From the NCBI GenBank assembly GCA_012838345.1, contig DUPK01000063.1:8738-72737 (forward strand): DNA of 64,000 nt, written 5' to 3'. Position numbers and translations under genes: made by a program. Of the stretch, positions 8,393 through 19,303 are shown piece after piece. The stretch is from Clostridiales bacterium. Lineage in GTDB: Bacteria; Bacillota; Clostridia; Oscillospirales; Oscillospiraceae. Under the pieces are notes generated by a model that saw only the letters and a program-made list of their open reading frames with translations, had not been told where the DNA came from and ran no database searches. Each line of letters begins with the position of its first letter. The first letter of the stretch is position 1.

Positions 8393-9229
8393 ATGTCTGT
8401 AAAAACCTATAAGCCCACAACTCCCTCGAGAAGACACATGACGGTGTCCGGCTTTGACGGAGTGGATAAGAAGGCAAAACCCGAGAGAAGCCTTGTTGAG
8501 ATTCTCAAGAAGAGCGCAGGACGCAACAGCTACGGCAGAATAACCGTTCGCCACAGAGGCGGCGGCAACAAGCGCAAGTACAGAATCATTGATTTCAAGA
8601 GGAATAAGACCGACATGTTCGCAAACGTGCTGCGCATAGAGTACGACCCGAACCGCAGCGCAAACATAGCCCTGCTTGAGTATGAGGACGGCGAGCGCCG
8701 CTATATCATCGCCCCCATCGGCCTTAATACAGGCGACAAGGTTATTTCCTCCGTCCACGCCGACATTAAGCCCGGCAACACTCTGCCCCTTTCCGAAATA
8801 CCCGTAGGTACCTTTATCCACAACATTGAGCTTTATCCCGGCAAGGGCGCTCAGCTCGTCCGCGCAGCCGGCGTAGCCGCTCAGCTCATGGCTAAGGAAA
8901 ACGGAATGGCGCAGGTAAGGCTGCCCTCCGGCGAGTACCGCTATATCCGCCTTGAATGCAAGGCGTCAATAGGGCAGGTCGGCAACATTGACCACGCAAA
9001 CGTCTCAATCGGTAAAGCGGGACGCAAACGCCACATGGGCATCAGGCCCACCGTTCGCGGCAGCGCCATGAACCCTGTTGACCACCCGCACGGCGGCGGC
9101 GAGGGCAAGTCCCCGATCGGACGTCCCGGCCCCTTAACCCCGTGGGGCAAGCCCGCACTCGGTTACAAGACGCGTAAGGCGAAGAACCGCTCCGACAGGT
9201 TTATCGTCAAGCGCCGCAACCAGAAGTAA
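8393..9229 (+). CDS. rplB: 50S ribosomal protein L2
   Basis: Motifs [22 protein letters not shown] and [13 protein letters not shown]. Confidence 0.98.
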   Translation: MSVKTYKPTTPSRRHMTVSGFDGVDKKAKPERSLVEILKKSAGRNSYGRITVRHRGGGNKRKYRIIDFKRNKTDMFANVLRIEYDPNRSANIALLEYEDGERRYIIAPIGLNTGDKVISSVHADIKPGNTLPLSEIPVGTFIHNIELYPGKGAQLVRAAGVAAQLMAKENGMAQVRLPSGEYRYIRLECKASIGQVGNIDHANVSIGKAGRKRHMGIRPTVRGSAMNPVDHPHGGGEGKSPIGRPGPLTPWGKPALGYKTRKAKNRSDRFIVKRRNQK

Positions 9230-9247
9230 GGAGGCTTAAAACTAAGT

Positions 9248-9520
9248 ATGAGCAGAAGTATAAAAAAAGGCCCCTTCGCTGCACCTGAGCTGCTGAAGAG
9301 GATAGAGGAAATGAATAAAACCGGCGAAAAGAAGGTTCTCAAGACATGGTCGAGAGCCAGCACCATATTCCCCGCCTTCGTCGGTCATACGATAGCGGTC
9401 CACGACGGACGCAGGCATGTACCCGTATATATTACGGAAGATATGGTAGGACATAAGCTCGGAGAGTTTGCGCCGACAAGAACCTACAGAGGCCATGCCG
9501 GCAGCAAAACGGGCAGGTAA
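9248..9520 (+). CDS. rpsS: 30S ribosomal protein S19
   Basis: Motifs SRSIKKGPF and [29 protein letters not shown]. Confidence 0.98.
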   Translation: MSRSIKKGPFAAPELLKRIEEMNKTGEKKVLKTWSRASTIFPAFVGHTIAVHDGRRHVPVYITEDMVGHKLGEFAPTRTYRGHAGSKTGR

Positions 9521-9534
9521 GGAGGTAGGCAGAC

Positions 9535-9870
9535 ATGGAAGCAAGAGCACAACTTAATTACGCTCGTATCTCCCCTCGGAAGGTCAAGATTGTCTGCGAC
9601 CTCATTCGCGGTAAGGATACGAAGACAGCGACGGCAATTCTCATGCAGACGCCCAAGGCCGCCTCGGAGCTGTTGCTGAAGCTCCTTAAGAGCGCAGTGG
9701 CCAACGCCGAAAACAATCACCAGATGGATCCCGATAAACTCTATGTTGCGGAGACTTATGCTAATCCCGGTCCCATCCTCAAAAGGGGCAGGCCGAGAGC
9801 CCAGGGCAGATATTTCCGTATCAACAAGAGGACATCGCATATAACCATCGTCGTGAAGGAAAAGGAGTAA
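9535..9870 (+). CDS. rplV: 50S ribosomal protein L22
   Basis: [18 protein letters not shown]... is canonical L22. Confidence 0.97.
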   Translation: MEARAQLNYARISPRKVKIVCDLIRGKDTKTATAILMQTPKAASELLLKLLKSAVANAENNHQMDPDKLYVAETYANPGPILKRGRPRAQGRYFRINKRTSHITIVVKEKE

Positions 9871-9873
9871 GTT

Positions 9874-10680
9874 ATGGGACAGAAAGTTAACCCCCACGGC
9901 TTGCGTGTCGGCGTCATAAAGGATTGGGATTCCCGCTGGTATGCAAGGAACGAAAAAGTAGGCGACCTCATTGTCGAGGATTACAACATAAGGAAGTACC
10001 TGAAGAAAAAGCTTTATTCCGCAGGCGTTCCTAAAATTGAAATAGAGAGAGACAGCGCAAGGGTTAGAATTTTCCTCCACTGCGCCCGCCCCGGTATTGT
10101 CATCGGCAGAGGCGGAGCCGAGATAGAGAAGCTCCGCGAGGACATGGAGAAGTTCGTAGGAAAGCCCGTCTCTCTTAGCATAGTCGAGGTCAAAAACCCC
10201 GATACTAACGCTCAGCTCGTCGCGGAGAGCATAGCCTCTCAGCTTGAAAAGCGCATAAGTTTCCGCCGTGCCATGAAGAGCTCCATGTCCCGTGCCATGC
10301 GCCAGGGCGTAAAGGGCATTAAGGTCATGGTAAGCGGCCGTCTTGGCGGCGCCGAAATTGCGCGCAGCGAAAGCTATCACGAGGGCACCATACCCCTCCA
10401 GACACTCCGCGCGGACATCGAGTACGGCTTTGCCGAGGCTGACACAACCTACGGCAAGATTGGCGTAAAGGTATGGATTTACAAGGGCGAGATACTCAGC
10501 CAGACGCTCAGAACGACACCCCGCACCATGGACACAAGCAAGCCTCCCAGGGATCGCAGGAGAGACCGCCGCGGCGGCGGGAGAGCCTCTCAGGGAGCAG
10601 CGCGCCAGGGCGGAGCCAATACCAGTCGCGGCGCAGCGAGCAGAGGCGGAGCTGCCCCCAGAGAAGGAGGTAAAGCATAA
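9874..10680 (+). CDS. rpsC: 30S ribosomal protein S3 with an Arg/Gly-rich C-terminal extension
   Basis: [24 protein letters not shown] plus KH and S3-C domains. The last 55 aa or so are low complexity ([23 protein letters not shown]...). Confidence 0.97.
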   Translation: MGQKVNPHGLRVGVIKDWDSRWYARNEKVGDLIVEDYNIRKYLKKKLYSAGVPKIEIERDSARVRIFLHCARPGIVIGRGGAEIEKLREDMEKFVGKPVSLSIVEVKNPDTNAQLVAESIASQLEKRISFRRAMKSSMSRAMRQGVKGIKVMVSGRLGGAEIARSESYHEGTIPLQTLRADIEYGFAEADTTYGKIGVKVWIYKGEILSQTLRTTPRTMDTSKPPRDRRRDRRGGGRASQGAARQGGANTSRGAASRGGAAPREGGKA

Positions 10681-11120
10681 TGCTTCTCCCAAAGAGAGTA
10701 AAATACCGTAAAGTTCAAAGAGGACGCATGAAGGGCGTTGCCACCCGCGGCAATAGCTTGACATATGGCGATTACGGCCTGAAGGCGATGGAGCCCGGCT
10801 GGGTAACCAGCAATCAGATTGAGGCGGCCCGTATTGCCATGACGCGTTACACAAGGCGTGGCGGTAAGGTCTGGATAAAGATATTCCCCGACAAGCCCGT
10901 CACGAAGAAGCCTGCCGAAACCCGAATGGGCTCTGGTAAAGGTTCTCCCGAGTTCTGGGTAGCGGTAGTCAAGCCCGGCAGAGTTATGTTTGAGATGAAC
11001 GGCGTCAGCGAGGAAGTCGCTAGGGAAGCACTGCGTCTCGCCGCCCATAAACTGCCGATAAAGGCTAAGTTCATTAAGCGTGATTCTGAGACAGGTGGTG
11101 AACAAGATGAAGGCAACTGA
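10680..11120 (+). CDS. rplP: 50S ribosomal protein L16
   Basis: Motifs [19 protein letters not shown] and [13 protein letters not shown]. Confidence 0.98.
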   Translation: MLLPKRVKYRKVQRGRMKGVATRGNSLTYGDYGLKAMEPGWVTSNQIEAARIAMTRYTRRGGKVWIKIFPDKPVTKKPAETRMGSGKGSPEFWVAVVKPGRVMFEMNGVSEEVAREALRLAAHKLPIKAKFIKRDSETGGEQDEGN

Positions 11121-11313
11121 AGTACGTCAGATGAGCGTACAGGAGCTCAACGCTAAGTTGGTAGAGCTAAAGCGCGACCTGTTTTATCTCCGTATGCAGC
11201 ACGCTACAAACCAGCTTGACAACCCCAGCAAGATTAAGGAAGTTAAGAGAGACATTGCCCGAGTCCAGACCATTATGCGAGAAAAGCAGCTCGAGGGTAA
11301 GGAGGTAAGCTAA
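11107..11313 (+). CDS. rpmC: 50S ribosomal protein L29
   Basis: An in-frame ATG at 11107 gives [37 protein letters not shown], canonical L29. The track ORF start at 11080 is an upstream extension. The gene overlaps the rplP 3' end. Confidence 0.93.
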   Translation: MKATEVRQMSVQELNAKLVELKRDLFYLRMQHATNQLDNPSKIKEVKRDIARVQTIMREKQLEGKEVS

Positions 11314-11574
11314 ATGACGCAGAGAACAACTTCCAGAAAGACCAGAGTCGGCAGGGTCGTTTCCGACAAAATGGATAAGACCATCGTAGTAGCGGTCGTG
11401 GACAGCGTGGCTCATCCTCTTTATAAGAAAATCATGAAGAGAACCTACAAGCTGAAGGCACACGACGAAAACAACGAGTGCCGCGTCGGCGATATAGTCG
11501 AGGTAATGGAAACCCGTCCCCTTTCCAAAGAAAAGAGATGGAGACTCGTTCAAATTATAGAGAAGGCAAAGTAA
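11314..11574 (+). CDS. rpsQ: 30S ribosomal protein S17
   Basis: Motifs [14 protein letters not shown] and [29 protein letters not shown]. Confidence 0.97.
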   Translation: MTQRTTSRKTRVGRVVSDKMDKTIVVAVVDSVAHPLYKKIMKRTYKLKAHDENNECRVGDIVEVMETRPLSKEKRWRLVQIIEKAK

Positions 11575-11586
11575 GGAGGCCGACCA

Positions 11587-11955
11587 ATGATACAACAGGA
11601 ATCATATCTTAAGGTCGCCGACAATACAGGCGCCAAAGAGATAAAGTGCATTAGAGTTCTGGGCGGCTCCAAGAGGAAATACGGAAACATCGGCGATGTA
11701 ATCGTTGCCTCTGTACGCAAAGCAGCCCCAGGTGGCACCGTCAAGAAGGGCGATGTCGTTAGAGCCGTCATAGTCCGCAGCGCAAGAGGCGTCCGTCGTC
11801 CCGACGGCACCTATGTCCGCTTTGACGAGAATGCGGCCGTTCTTATAAGAGAAGACAACAATCCGAGAGGTACACGTATATTTGGACCGGTAGCTAGAGA
11901 GCTCAGAGACAAGGACTTTATGAAGATTCTCTCTCTTGCTCCTGAAGTCATATAG
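11587..11955 (+). CDS. rplN: 50S ribosomal protein L14
   Basis: [28 protein letters not shown] is canonical L14. Confidence 0.98.
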   Translation: MIQQESYLKVADNTGAKEIKCIRVLGGSKRKYGNIGDVIVASVRKAAPGGTVKKGDVVRAVIVRSARGVRRPDGTYVRFDENAAVLIREDNNPRGTRIFGPVARELRDKDFMKILSLAPEVI

Positions 11956-11967
11956 GAGGGTATTGCA

Positions 11968-12276
11968 ATGCATGTAAAAAAAGATGATCTCGTTGTCGTA
12001 CTTTCCGGCAAAGACAAGGGCAAGAAAGGCAAGGTCCTGGCCGCTTTCCCCAATGACGGCAAGCTGATTGTCGAGGGTGTCAATGTCGCATCCAGGCACC
12101 AGAAGCCCCGCAAGCAGGGCGAAGAGGGCGGAATCATCAAGAAGGAAACCCCCATCTACGCCAGCAAGGTAATGCGCGTTTGCCCGAAGTGCTCTCAGCC
12201 CACCCGCGTTGCGCACAAGATACTTGAAGACGGTACCAAGACACGCGTCTGCAAAAAATGCGGCGCATCAATATAA
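11968..12276 (+). CDS. rplX: 50S ribosomal protein L24
   Basis: KOW motif VVVLSGKDKGKKGKVL, and its position after rplN. Confidence 0.96.
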   Translation: MHVKKDDLVVVLSGKDKGKKGKVLAAFPNDGKLIVEGVNVASRHQKPRKQGEEGGIIKKETPIYASKVMRVCPKCSQPTRVAHKILEDGTKTRVCKKCGASI

Positions 12277-12294
12277 GGAAGGAGTGACGTAATT

Positions 12295-12837
12295 ATGAAC
12301 AGAATGAAGAAGAAATACGTTGAAGAAGTCGCTCCCGCTCTTATGAAGAAGTTCGAGTACAAGAGCCCGATGCAGATTCCCCGGATTGAGAAGATCGTAA
12401 TCAACGTAGGTTGCGGCGACGCAAGGGACAACGCAAAGGCGCTTGACGCGGTGGTAAAAGACATAACCACCATAGCCGGTCAGAAAGCCGTAGTCACCCG
12501 GGCTAAGAAGTCCGTTGCAAACTTCAAGGTCAGAGAGGGAATGCCTGTCGGTGTGAAGGTAACTCTGCGCCAGGACAGAATGTGGGATTTCCTCGATAAG
12601 CTGTTCAACGTGGCGCTTCCCCGCGTCCGCGACTTCCGCGGCATCAGCCCCAAGTCCTTCGACGGCAGAGGCAACTATGCCCTGGGCGTCAAGGAGCAGC
12701 TTATATTCCCCGAAATCGACTACGACAAGATTGACAAGATACGCGGCATGGACATAGTTATCTGCACCACCGCGGAGACCGACGAAGAGGCAAGAGAGCT
12801 TTTGACCCTTATGGGCGCTCCCTTCGCACAGGCATAG
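12295..12837 (+). CDS. rplE: 50S ribosomal protein L5
   Basis: Motifs [33 protein letters not shown] and [12 protein letters not shown]. Confidence 0.98.
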   Translation: MNRMKKKYVEEVAPALMKKFEYKSPMQIPRIEKIVINVGCGDARDNAKALDAVVKDITTIAGQKAVVTRAKKSVANFKVREGMPVGVKVTLRQDRMWDFLDKLFNVALPRVRDFRGISPKSFDGRGNYALGVKEQLIFPEIDYDKIDKIRGMDIVICTTAETDEEARELLTLMGAPFAQA

Positions 12838-12848
12838 GAGGAGAGACA

Positions 12849-13034
12849 ATGGCTAAAAAGTCAATGATTATAAAGCAGAAAAGAGAGCCGAAGTTCTCTA
12901 CCCGCAGATACAACCGCTGCAAAATCTGTGGCCGTCCGCACGCTTACCTCAGAGATTTCGGCGTCTGCCGTATCTGCTTCCGTGAGCTTGCATACAAGGG
13001 ACAGATCCCAGGCGTCAGAAAGGCAAGCTGGTAA
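12849..13034 (+). CDS. rpsN: 30S ribosomal protein S14 type Z (zinc-ribbon form, 61 aa)
   Basis: [59 protein letters not shown] carries the CxxC...CxxC motif. Confidence 0.97.
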   Translation: MAKKSMIIKQKREPKFSTRRYNRCKICGRPHAYLRDFGVCRICFRELAYKGQIPGVRKASW

Positions 13035-13276
13035 ATCGCAGTTGATTTTATTGTCCAAGCGGTGCCGGGAAGTTAAAGCCCCGCCGCCCGGACACTGGTT
13101 TTCGCCTTAATGACTGCGATTCGGCCTAGTATTACATTTTTTCAATGCCGTCTGCTATACTGCGGCACGCGGCAGTAACGAAACAGACAACCGATGGCGA
13201 AAGGTCATTGCAGATGCTTTGAAACCGCGCCACGAAAACAGCCTTCGGCTGTAACTCTATTAAGGAGGACTAATTA

Positions 13277-13675
13277 ATGCAGATTACGGATCCAATCGCG
13301 GATTTCCTGACCAGAATCAGGAACGCCAATTCCGCAAAGCACGATACCGTTGATATCCCCGCCTCCAACGTAAAAAAGGCGATGGCCGAGATTCTTCTTG
13401 AGGAAGGCTATATTAAGAACTTCCAGATAATCAACGACGGCGCTCAGGGTATCATCCGCATCACACTCAAGTACAATAACGGCAAGGAAAAGGTCATTTC
13501 CGGCCTTCGCAGAGTATCAAAGCCCGGCCTTCGAGTCTATGCAGGAGCCGACGAGCTCCCGAGCGTACTCAAGGGGCTTGGCATTGCTATCATTTCAACT
13601 TCCAAGGGCATCATGACCGACAAAAAGGCTCGCCAGGAGCATGTCGGCGGAGAAGTCCTTGCGTTTGTGTGGTAA
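13277..13675 (+). CDS. rpsH: 30S ribosomal protein S8
   Basis: Motif [13 protein letters not shown], ending GGEVLAFVW. Confidence 0.98.
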   Translation: MQITDPIADFLTRIRNANSAKHDTVDIPASNVKKAMAEILLEEGYIKNFQIINDGAQGIIRITLKYNNGKEKVISGLRRVSKPGLRVYAGADELPSVLKGLGIAIISTSKGIMTDKKARQEHVGGEVLAFVW

Positions 13676-13690
13676 GGGGGAGTAGCTAAA

Positions 13691-14233
13691 ATGTCGAGAA
13701 TAGGAAGAGCTCCCATAACCATTCCCGCCGGAGTTGATGTGAAGCTTGATGACTCTGTAATTACCGTAAAAGGGCCCAAGGGCACACTGACCAAAGCAAT
13801 TAACCCGGAGATAAAGGTAGATATTCAGGATGGCGTGATTCACGTCACACGTCCGTCCGACGACAGGACCCACCGCTCGCTGCACGGCCTGACCCGCACG
13901 CTCATTAGCAACATGGTTACGGGTGTTACGCAGGGTTTCAGCAAGGAGCTTGAAATCAACGGCGTCGGCTACAGGGCCCAGAAGCAGGGCAAGCAGCTTG
14001 TGATGAACCTTGGTTATTCGCATCAGGTTTTTGTCGATGAAATCGACGGGATACAGATTGACGTCCCCAATCCGAACAGGGTTGTGATCAGCGGAATTGA
14101 CAAGCAGCTTGTCGGTCAGTTCGCCGCGGACGTAAGAAGCAAGAGACCGCCCGAGCCGTATAAGGGCAAGGGCATCAAATACGCTACCGAGGTCATCCGC
14201 CGCAAGGAAGGAAAGACCGGAGCTAAGAAGTAA
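13691..14233 (+). CDS. rplF: 50S ribosomal protein L6
   Basis: Motifs [16 protein letters not shown] and GVGYRA. Confidence 0.97.
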   Translation: MSRIGRAPITIPAGVDVKLDDSVITVKGPKGTLTKAINPEIKVDIQDGVIHVTRPSDDRTHRSLHGLTRTLISNMVTGVTQGFSKELEINGVGYRAQKQGKQLVMNLGYSHQVFVDEIDGIQIDVPNPNRVVISGIDKQLVGQFAADVRSKRPPEPYKGKGIKYATEVIRRKEGKTGAKK

Positions 14234-14249
14234 AGGAAGGTGTGCCTAA

Positions 14250-14609
14250 ATGATTAAAAGACCGGATACAAACGCAAAGCGCCTAGCGCGCCATAAAAGG
14301 GTCCGTGCGAAAATCTCAGGTACGCCTGAGAGACCCAGACTCAATGTTTTCAGAAGCAATGCCAACATCTATGCCCAGATAATCGACGATGTAAACGGAG
14401 TAACTCTCTGCTCAGCCTCCTCCAACGAAAAAGGTTTCGAGGGCGACGGCAGCAACTGTGAAGCCGCGAAGAAGGTCGGCCTGATGATAGCCGAGCGCGC
14501 CAAGGAAAAGGGCGTAACAGCTGTGGTGTTCGACCGCGGCGGCTACATTTACCACGGCCGCGTAAAGAGCCTGGCAGAGGGCGCCCGCGAGGGCGGACTC
14601 GAGTTTTAA
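14250..14609 (+). CDS. rplR: 50S ribosomal protein L18
   Basis: Motifs [30 protein letters not shown] and [24 protein letters not shown]. Confidence 0.97.
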   Translation: MIKRPDTNAKRLARHKRVRAKISGTPERPRLNVFRSNANIYAQIIDDVNGVTLCSASSNEKGFEGDGSNCEAAKKVGLMIAERAKEKGVTAVVFDRGGYIYHGRVKSLAEGAREGGLEF

Positions 14610-14625
14610 GGGGAGGAGATAGACT

Positions 14626-15138
14626 ATGGCTTACAATAGAGACAGACGTGAGGAAGCACAGCCAGAGTTCACCGAAAAGGTAGTTTCTCTGAACCGTGTA
14701 TCCAAGACCGTTAAAGGCGGCCGTATTTTCAAGTTCTCTGCGCTCTGCGTCGTAGGCGACGGAAAGGGCAGGGTAGGTTACGGCCTCGGCAAGGCCTCCG
14801 AAATTTCCGAGGCAATACGCAAGGGCATAGAGGACGCTAAAAAGAATATAGTAACCGTGACACTTTCGGGCACGACAATTCCGCACGAGGTTATCGGCAG
14901 ATTCGGAGCCGGCAGAGTCCTGCTCAAGCCTGCTGCCCCCGGTACGGGAGTTATAGCCGGAGGTCCCGTGCGCGCAGTCGTCGAGGCCGCCGGTATTAAG
15001 GACATTCGCACCAAGTGCCTGCGTTCCAACAATCCCCAGAACGTTGTAGCCGCTACAATGGAGGGACTCAAGAACCTGAGAGACGCCGAGCAGGTAGCAA
15101 AAATTAGAGGAAAGACCCCCAGCGAAATCCTGGGTTAG
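14626..15138 (+). CDS. rpsE: 30S ribosomal protein S5
   Basis: Motifs [39 protein letters not shown] and [14 protein letters not shown]. Confidence 0.98.
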   Translation: MAYNRDRREEAQPEFTEKVVSLNRVSKTVKGGRIFKFSALCVVGDGKGRVGYGLGKASEISEAIRKGIEDAKKNIVTVTLSGTTIPHEVIGRFGAGRVLLKPAAPGTGVIAGGPVRAVVEAAGIKDIRTKCLRSNNPQNVVAATMEGLKNLRDAEQVAKIRGKTPSEILG

Positions 15139-15149
15139 GAGGGCTAGAC

Positions 15150-15329
15150 ATGGCAAACCTTAAAATCACGCTTGTAAAAAGCCTAAATGGCAGGCTCGAT
15201 AAGCATATCGCAACCGCCAACTCGCTCGGGCTTAGGAAAATAGGCGACGAAACCGTGCAGCCCGACAACGAGCAGACCAGAGGTAAGATAGCAAAGATAG
15301 GCTATCTGCTCAAAGTTACCGAAGAATAG
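15150..15329 (+). CDS. rpmD: 50S ribosomal protein L30 (not in ORF track, 59 aa)
   Basis: My own translation: the ATG at 15150 (after GGAGGG) gives [59 protein letters not shown] with a stop at 15327-15329. The L30 pattern (KITL.KS.IG........LGL.K) and the canonical slot between rpsE and rplO both fit. Confidence 0.92.
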   Translation: MANLKITLVKSLNGRLDKHIATANSLGLRKIGDETVQPDNEQTRGKIAKIGYLLKVTEE

Positions 15330-15340
15330 GAGGTGCAGGC

Positions 15341-15781
15341 ATGAAATTACATGAACTTGCCCCGGCCAAAGGCTCAACTCATGAAGCCAAGAGAAAGGGA
15401 AGAGGCACAGCTTCCGGACACGGTAAAACCGCAGGCCGCGGCCATAAGGGGCAGAAGGCCCGCAGCGGCGGCGGCGTCAGGGTCGGCTTTGAAGGCGGAC
15501 AGATGCCTCTCGCCAGGCGCGTTCCCAAAAGGGGCTTCAACAACATTTTTGCAAAGCCTCTTGAGACAGTAAACATTTCACAGCTCAATCGCTTTGAAAA
15601 CAACGCGGTCGTAGGAGTCGAGGAACTTCTTGCTGCAGGCATCCTCTCGAAATGCCGGTACGGTGTCAAGATTCTTGGCAACGGAAACCTCGAAAAGCAG
15701 TTGACGGTCAAGGCTTCCGCCTTCTCCGAGACGGCTAAGCAGAAGATAGAGGCCGCAGGCGGGAAGGCGGAGGTGGTATAA
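15341..15781 (+). CDS. rplO: 50S ribosomal protein L15
   Basis: [12 protein letters not shown]....[28 protein letters not shown] is canonical L15. Confidence 0.97.
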   Translation: MKLHELAPAKGSTHEAKRKGRGTASGHGKTAGRGHKGQKARSGGGVRVGFEGGQMPLARRVPKRGFNNIFAKPLETVNISQLNRFENNAVVGVEELLAAGILSKCRYGVKILGNGNLEKQLTVKASAFSETAKQKIEAAGGKAEVV

Positions 15782-15782
15782 G

Positions 15783-17066
15783 GTGTTTCAGACCTTTCGC
15801 AATGCATGGAAAATAGAAGAGCAGAGAAAAAAGATAGTCTTTACGCTTTTCATTATCCTGCTTTACCGTATAGGCAACGCCGTACCTGTTCCCTTCATCA
15901 ACACCGCGCTGCTTGCGCAGTATTTTGACAGCCTCTCTAATACGGTTCTCGGACTTTACAATGTCATGTCAGGTAACGCATTTTCGCAGGCGACCATTTT
16001 TGCGCTCTCGATACAGCCGTATATTAACGCCTCGATTATTATGAACCTGCTGACCATTGCCATCCCCGCTCTGGAAAGACTCCAGAAGGAGGGCGGCGAA
16101 GAGGGCAGAAAGAAAATCGCCAGCATCACGCGTTATGCCACGGTAGGCATCTCCCTGCTGCAGGGTCTGGCTTATTACTATCTGATAGCGAACAACGGCT
16201 TTCTCGTCTCCAGCGGCGTTTGGGAAGCCTGCGTAATAATCATCAGCTTTACGGCGGGCTCCGCCCTGCTCATGTGGATGGGCGAACAGATTACGGAGTT
16301 TGGCATAGGAAACGGCATCTCGATTATCCTCTTTGTAGGTATCGTTTCCCGCTTCCCCGCCAACGCCATCAGCCTGGTAACAAACCTTGCCAAGGGACAG
16401 TTAAGCTGGCTGGCCTTCATCGGAATCATAATCGGCATCATAGCAATCATCGCACTCATCGTGTTTGTGACAAATTCCGAGAGAAGGATTCCGGTACAGT
16501 ATTCAAAGCGCGTTGTCGGGCGTAAAATGTATGGAGGACAGAGCACTCACCTGCCTATAAAGGTGAATATGTCGGGCGTTATCCCGATTATCTTCGCTCA
16601 GTCCATCGCCATGCTGCCCGCCACAATAGCGAACTTTTTCCCGGCTCCCGCTGAGGGCAGCTTCTGGCACAGCGTCTTAAAAGCGATAGATTCAACTTCA
16701 GTTTTCTATATTATAATTTACTTCCTGCTGATAATTGGCTTTAGCTACTTCTACGCAACAGTTCAGTTTAATCCGATAGAGGTATCCAACAACCTGAAGA
16801 AGAACGGCGGCTTTATCCCCGGCTTCCGCGCGGGTAAGCCGACCTCCGAGTTCATTGCAAAAGTCCTAAACAAGATAACGCTTTTCGGTGCAATTTACCT
16901 GGGCATAATCGCGATTTTGCCTCTTGTCTTCAGTAACGTGACACAGCTCACCGGCATTGCGCTCGGCGGCACGTCCATCGTCATAGTTGTAGGTGTTGCA
17001 CTTGAAACCGTTCAGGCCATGGAAGCGCAGATGCTCATGCGTCACTACAAGGGCTTCCTGGAATAA
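15783..17066 (+). CDS. secY: Preprotein translocase subunit SecY
   Basis: A 427-aa protein with about 10 TM segments. Motifs [54 protein letters not shown]-like and RHYKGFL, in the canonical position after rplO. Confidence 0.97.
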   Translation: [427 protein letters not shown]

Positions 17067-17084
17067 GATGAGGGAAGTGTGTTC

Positions 17085-17723
17085 ATGAACCTGATTCTAC
17101 TCGGAGCACCCGGTGCCGGAAAGGGCACGCAGGTTGAGTTTCTTACAAAAGAGAGGGGCCTGCCCTCGATTTCTACGGGAAATATCCTCAGGGCAGCCAT
17201 CAAGGAAGGCACGCCCATCGGACTTAAGGCCCAGGAATATATTTCGTCGGGCAGGCTTGTCCCCGATGAGGTCATAATAGGCATCGTCAAGGAGCGCCTA
17301 TCGCAGAAGGACTGTGAAAACGGCTTCATCCTTGACGGGGTGCCGAGGACCATCGGGCAGGCCGAGGCATTGGAGAAGGCGGGCATTGAGATTACCGCCG
17401 CCATACTGCTTGACGTGCCCGATAATATGATTGAACAACGTATGGCTGGCCGCCGTACCTGCATAGGCTGCGGCGCCACCTATCACGTCGTTACTAAGCC
17501 GCCCAAAAAGGAGAACGTATGTGACGAATGCGGCGGCGAACTCACAAGGCGCAAGGACGATGACCCCGAGACGGTCAGAACAAGGTTAAAAGTCTATCAC
17601 GAGGAGACCGAGCCCCTTGTTGACTTCTACAGAGAGAGGGGAAAACTCTTTGTGGTGGACGGCTCCCGCAGCCCTGAGGAGACAAACGCCCAGGTGCTGG
17701 AAGCTTTGGAGAAATTAAAGTGA
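17085..17723 (+). CDS. adk: Adenylate kinase (zinc-binding lid type)
   Basis: MNLILLGAPGAGKGTQ P-loop and lid cysteines CIGCGATYH...CDECGG. The ATG at 17085 has better spacing from GAGGGAAG than the track GTG at 17079. Confidence 0.96.
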   Translation: MNLILLGAPGAGKGTQVEFLTKERGLPSISTGNILRAAIKEGTPIGLKAQEYISSGRLVPDEVIIGIVKERLSQKDCENGFILDGVPRTIGQAEALEKAGIEITAAILLDVPDNMIEQRMAGRRTCIGCGATYHVVTKPPKKENVCDECGGELTRRKDDDPETVRTRLKVYHEETEPLVDFYRERGKLFVVDGSRSPEETNAQVLEALEKLK

Positions 17724-18478
17724 TTCAGATCAAATCCGCAAAGGAAATTGAGATGATGCGCCGTGCCTGCGCTATCACAGCGGCTGCCCGCGCTTTAGCA
17801 GGGAAATTGATAGCGCCCGGCGTAAGCACTTCTGAGATTGACAAAGCTGTGCATGACTACATAGTCATGCAGGGGGCGGTACCTTCCTTTCTGAACTACA
17901 ACGGTTACCCGAAGAGCATCTGCATCTCAATAAACGACGAGGTGATACACGGAATACCGGGTAGCCGTGTGGTTGAAGAAGGCGACATTGTCAGCGTTGA
18001 TGTGGGAGCCTTTATAGGCGGTTTTCATGGAGACTGCGCCGCAACCTTCATAGCGGGCGAGGCGGACGAGAGCGTGAAAAGGCTCGTCGAGGTCACTCGG
18101 CAGTGCTTTTTCGAGGGGCTCCGGTTCGCGCGCCCCGGCTATCGGGTGTCGGACATCTCCCACGCTATCCAGATTTATGCGGAATCCTTTGGGTATTCCG
18201 TGGTCAGAGATTACGTCGGACACGGCGTGGGTGCAAAGCTCCACGAGGACCCTCAGGTCCCGAACTTCGGAAAACCGGGCCACGGCCCGCGGCTCATTCC
18301 GGGAATGACTTTGGCCATCGAGCCTATGATAAACATGGGAGAGCCTAACATACGGCTTTTGAGTGACGGATGGACTGTGGTAACAGCAGACGGTAAGCCG
18401 TCGGCGCACTATGAGAACACTGTTCTTATTACAAACGGTGAACCGGAAATATTGACGGTGGTCGACGGGAAATGCTGA
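17720..18478 (+). CDS. map: Type I methionine aminopeptidase
   Basis: Motifs IKSAKEIEMMRRA, NGYPKSICISINDEVIHGIP, DVGA...G.HGD and AIEPMIN. It has a 4-nt overlap with adk. Confidence 0.96.
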   Translation: MIQIKSAKEIEMMRRACAITAAARALAGKLIAPGVSTSEIDKAVHDYIVMQGAVPSFLNYNGYPKSICISINDEVIHGIPGSRVVEEGDIVSVDVGAFIGGFHGDCAATFIAGEADESVKRLVEVTRQCFFEGLRFARPGYRVSDISHAIQIYAESFGYSVVRDYVGHGVGAKLHEDPQVPNFGKPGHGPRLIPGMTLAIEPMINMGEPNIRLLSDGWTVVTADGKPSAHYENTVLITNGEPEILTVVDGKC

Positions 18479-18786
18479 TGGAAATCGAAAAATCCCATAT
18501 TGTGATTTCCCTTGCCGGAAGAGATAAAGGAGAGCTGTTTTTTGTTTTGGACAGGGACGCAAGGAGCGTACTGTTGGCGGACGGAAAAATAAGAAAGGTG
18601 GAAAAGCCGAAGCACAAGAACATAATGCACGTCCGCTTCGTGGCTGAAAGCGATTCCGAAACCGCCAGAAAAATAAAAAACGGAGGCAAGGTTTCAAACA
18701 AGGAGTTAAGAAATACGCTGGCTGCCTTCAGAGCCGGCGCAGGAAATGATAAGGGAGGAACATACGTTTGGCAAAAGACGATGTAA
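18472..18786 (+). CDS. KOW-domain RNA-binding protein (conserved small gene between map and infA in Clostridia)
   Basis: [14 protein letters not shown]-like motif and a basic C-terminal half. It overlaps map by 7 nt and infA by 19 nt. Confidence 0.7.
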   Translation: MLMEIEKSHIVISLAGRDKGELFFVLDRDARSVLLADGKIRKVEKPKHKNIMHVRFVAESDSETARKIKNGGKVSNKELRNTLAAFRAGAGNDKGGTYVWQKTM

Positions 18787-18986
18787 TCGAGCTTGAGGGC
18801 AGGGTTATTGAATCGTTGCCCAACACGATGTTCACGGTTGATATCGGCAACGGACATACTATACTGGCACATATTTCCGGGAAACTCAGGATGAACTTCA
18901 TCCGCATACTCCCAGGCGATAAGGTGACGGTACAGATGTCGCCGTACGACCTGACTCGTGGCCGTATAACGTGGAGAAGCAAGTAA
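18768..18986 (+). CDS. infA: Translation initiation factor IF-1
   Basis: [69 protein letters not shown] is canonical IF-1. It has a TTG start preceded by AAGGGAGG. Confidence 0.97.
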   Translation: MAKDDVIELEGRVIESLPNTMFTVDIGNGHTILAHISGKLRMNFIRILPGDKVTVQMSPYDLTRGRITWRSK

Positions 18987-19043
18987 GTCTGAAAGCGGGT
19001 ACGCGCCCGTTTTGCGACGGACTAAACATGGAGGTTATAAAAG

Positions 19044-19157
19044 ATGAAAGTCAGACCATCAGTCAAGCCCATGTGCGAAAAATGCAAGATTATAAGGCGC
19101 AAGGGCAAGGTCAGGGTAATCTGCGACAATCCTAAGCACAAGCAGAGACAGGGTTAA
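19044..19157 (+). CDS. rpmJ: 50S ribosomal protein L36 (not in ORF track, 37 aa)
   Basis: My own translation gives [37 protein letters not shown] with a stop at 19155-19157. This is canonical zinc-type L36, preceded by GGAGG. Confidence 0.95.
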   Translation: MKVRPSVKPMCEKCKIIRRKGKVRVICDNPKHKQRQG

Positions 19158-19303
19158 AATAAAGTTCATATTCCGTTAGATGCTGGTCTAAACAGAGAGA
19201 TTTTGTCTGGTCCGCCGATATTCTGGATAAAATTCAGAGTAAAAGCGCTGCGCCGACGAAACTCGATCTGAAGTCCGGACATTTCGGTGTGAACACGCCA
19301 AAC

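Noticed and set aside
9484-10854. A 456-aa minus-strand ORF, plus many other long antisense ORFs (for example 8342-8821, 11602-12216, 12268-12849, 14350-15156, 19484-20314 and 20290-20907) across the ribosomal protein cluster
   Set aside because: They lie exactly antisense to canonical, highly conserved ribosomal protein genes. Their translations are low complexity (Ala/Arg/Gly/Leu-rich) with no recognisable motifs and no RBS. They are typical shadow ORFs of GC-rich, codon-biased genes.
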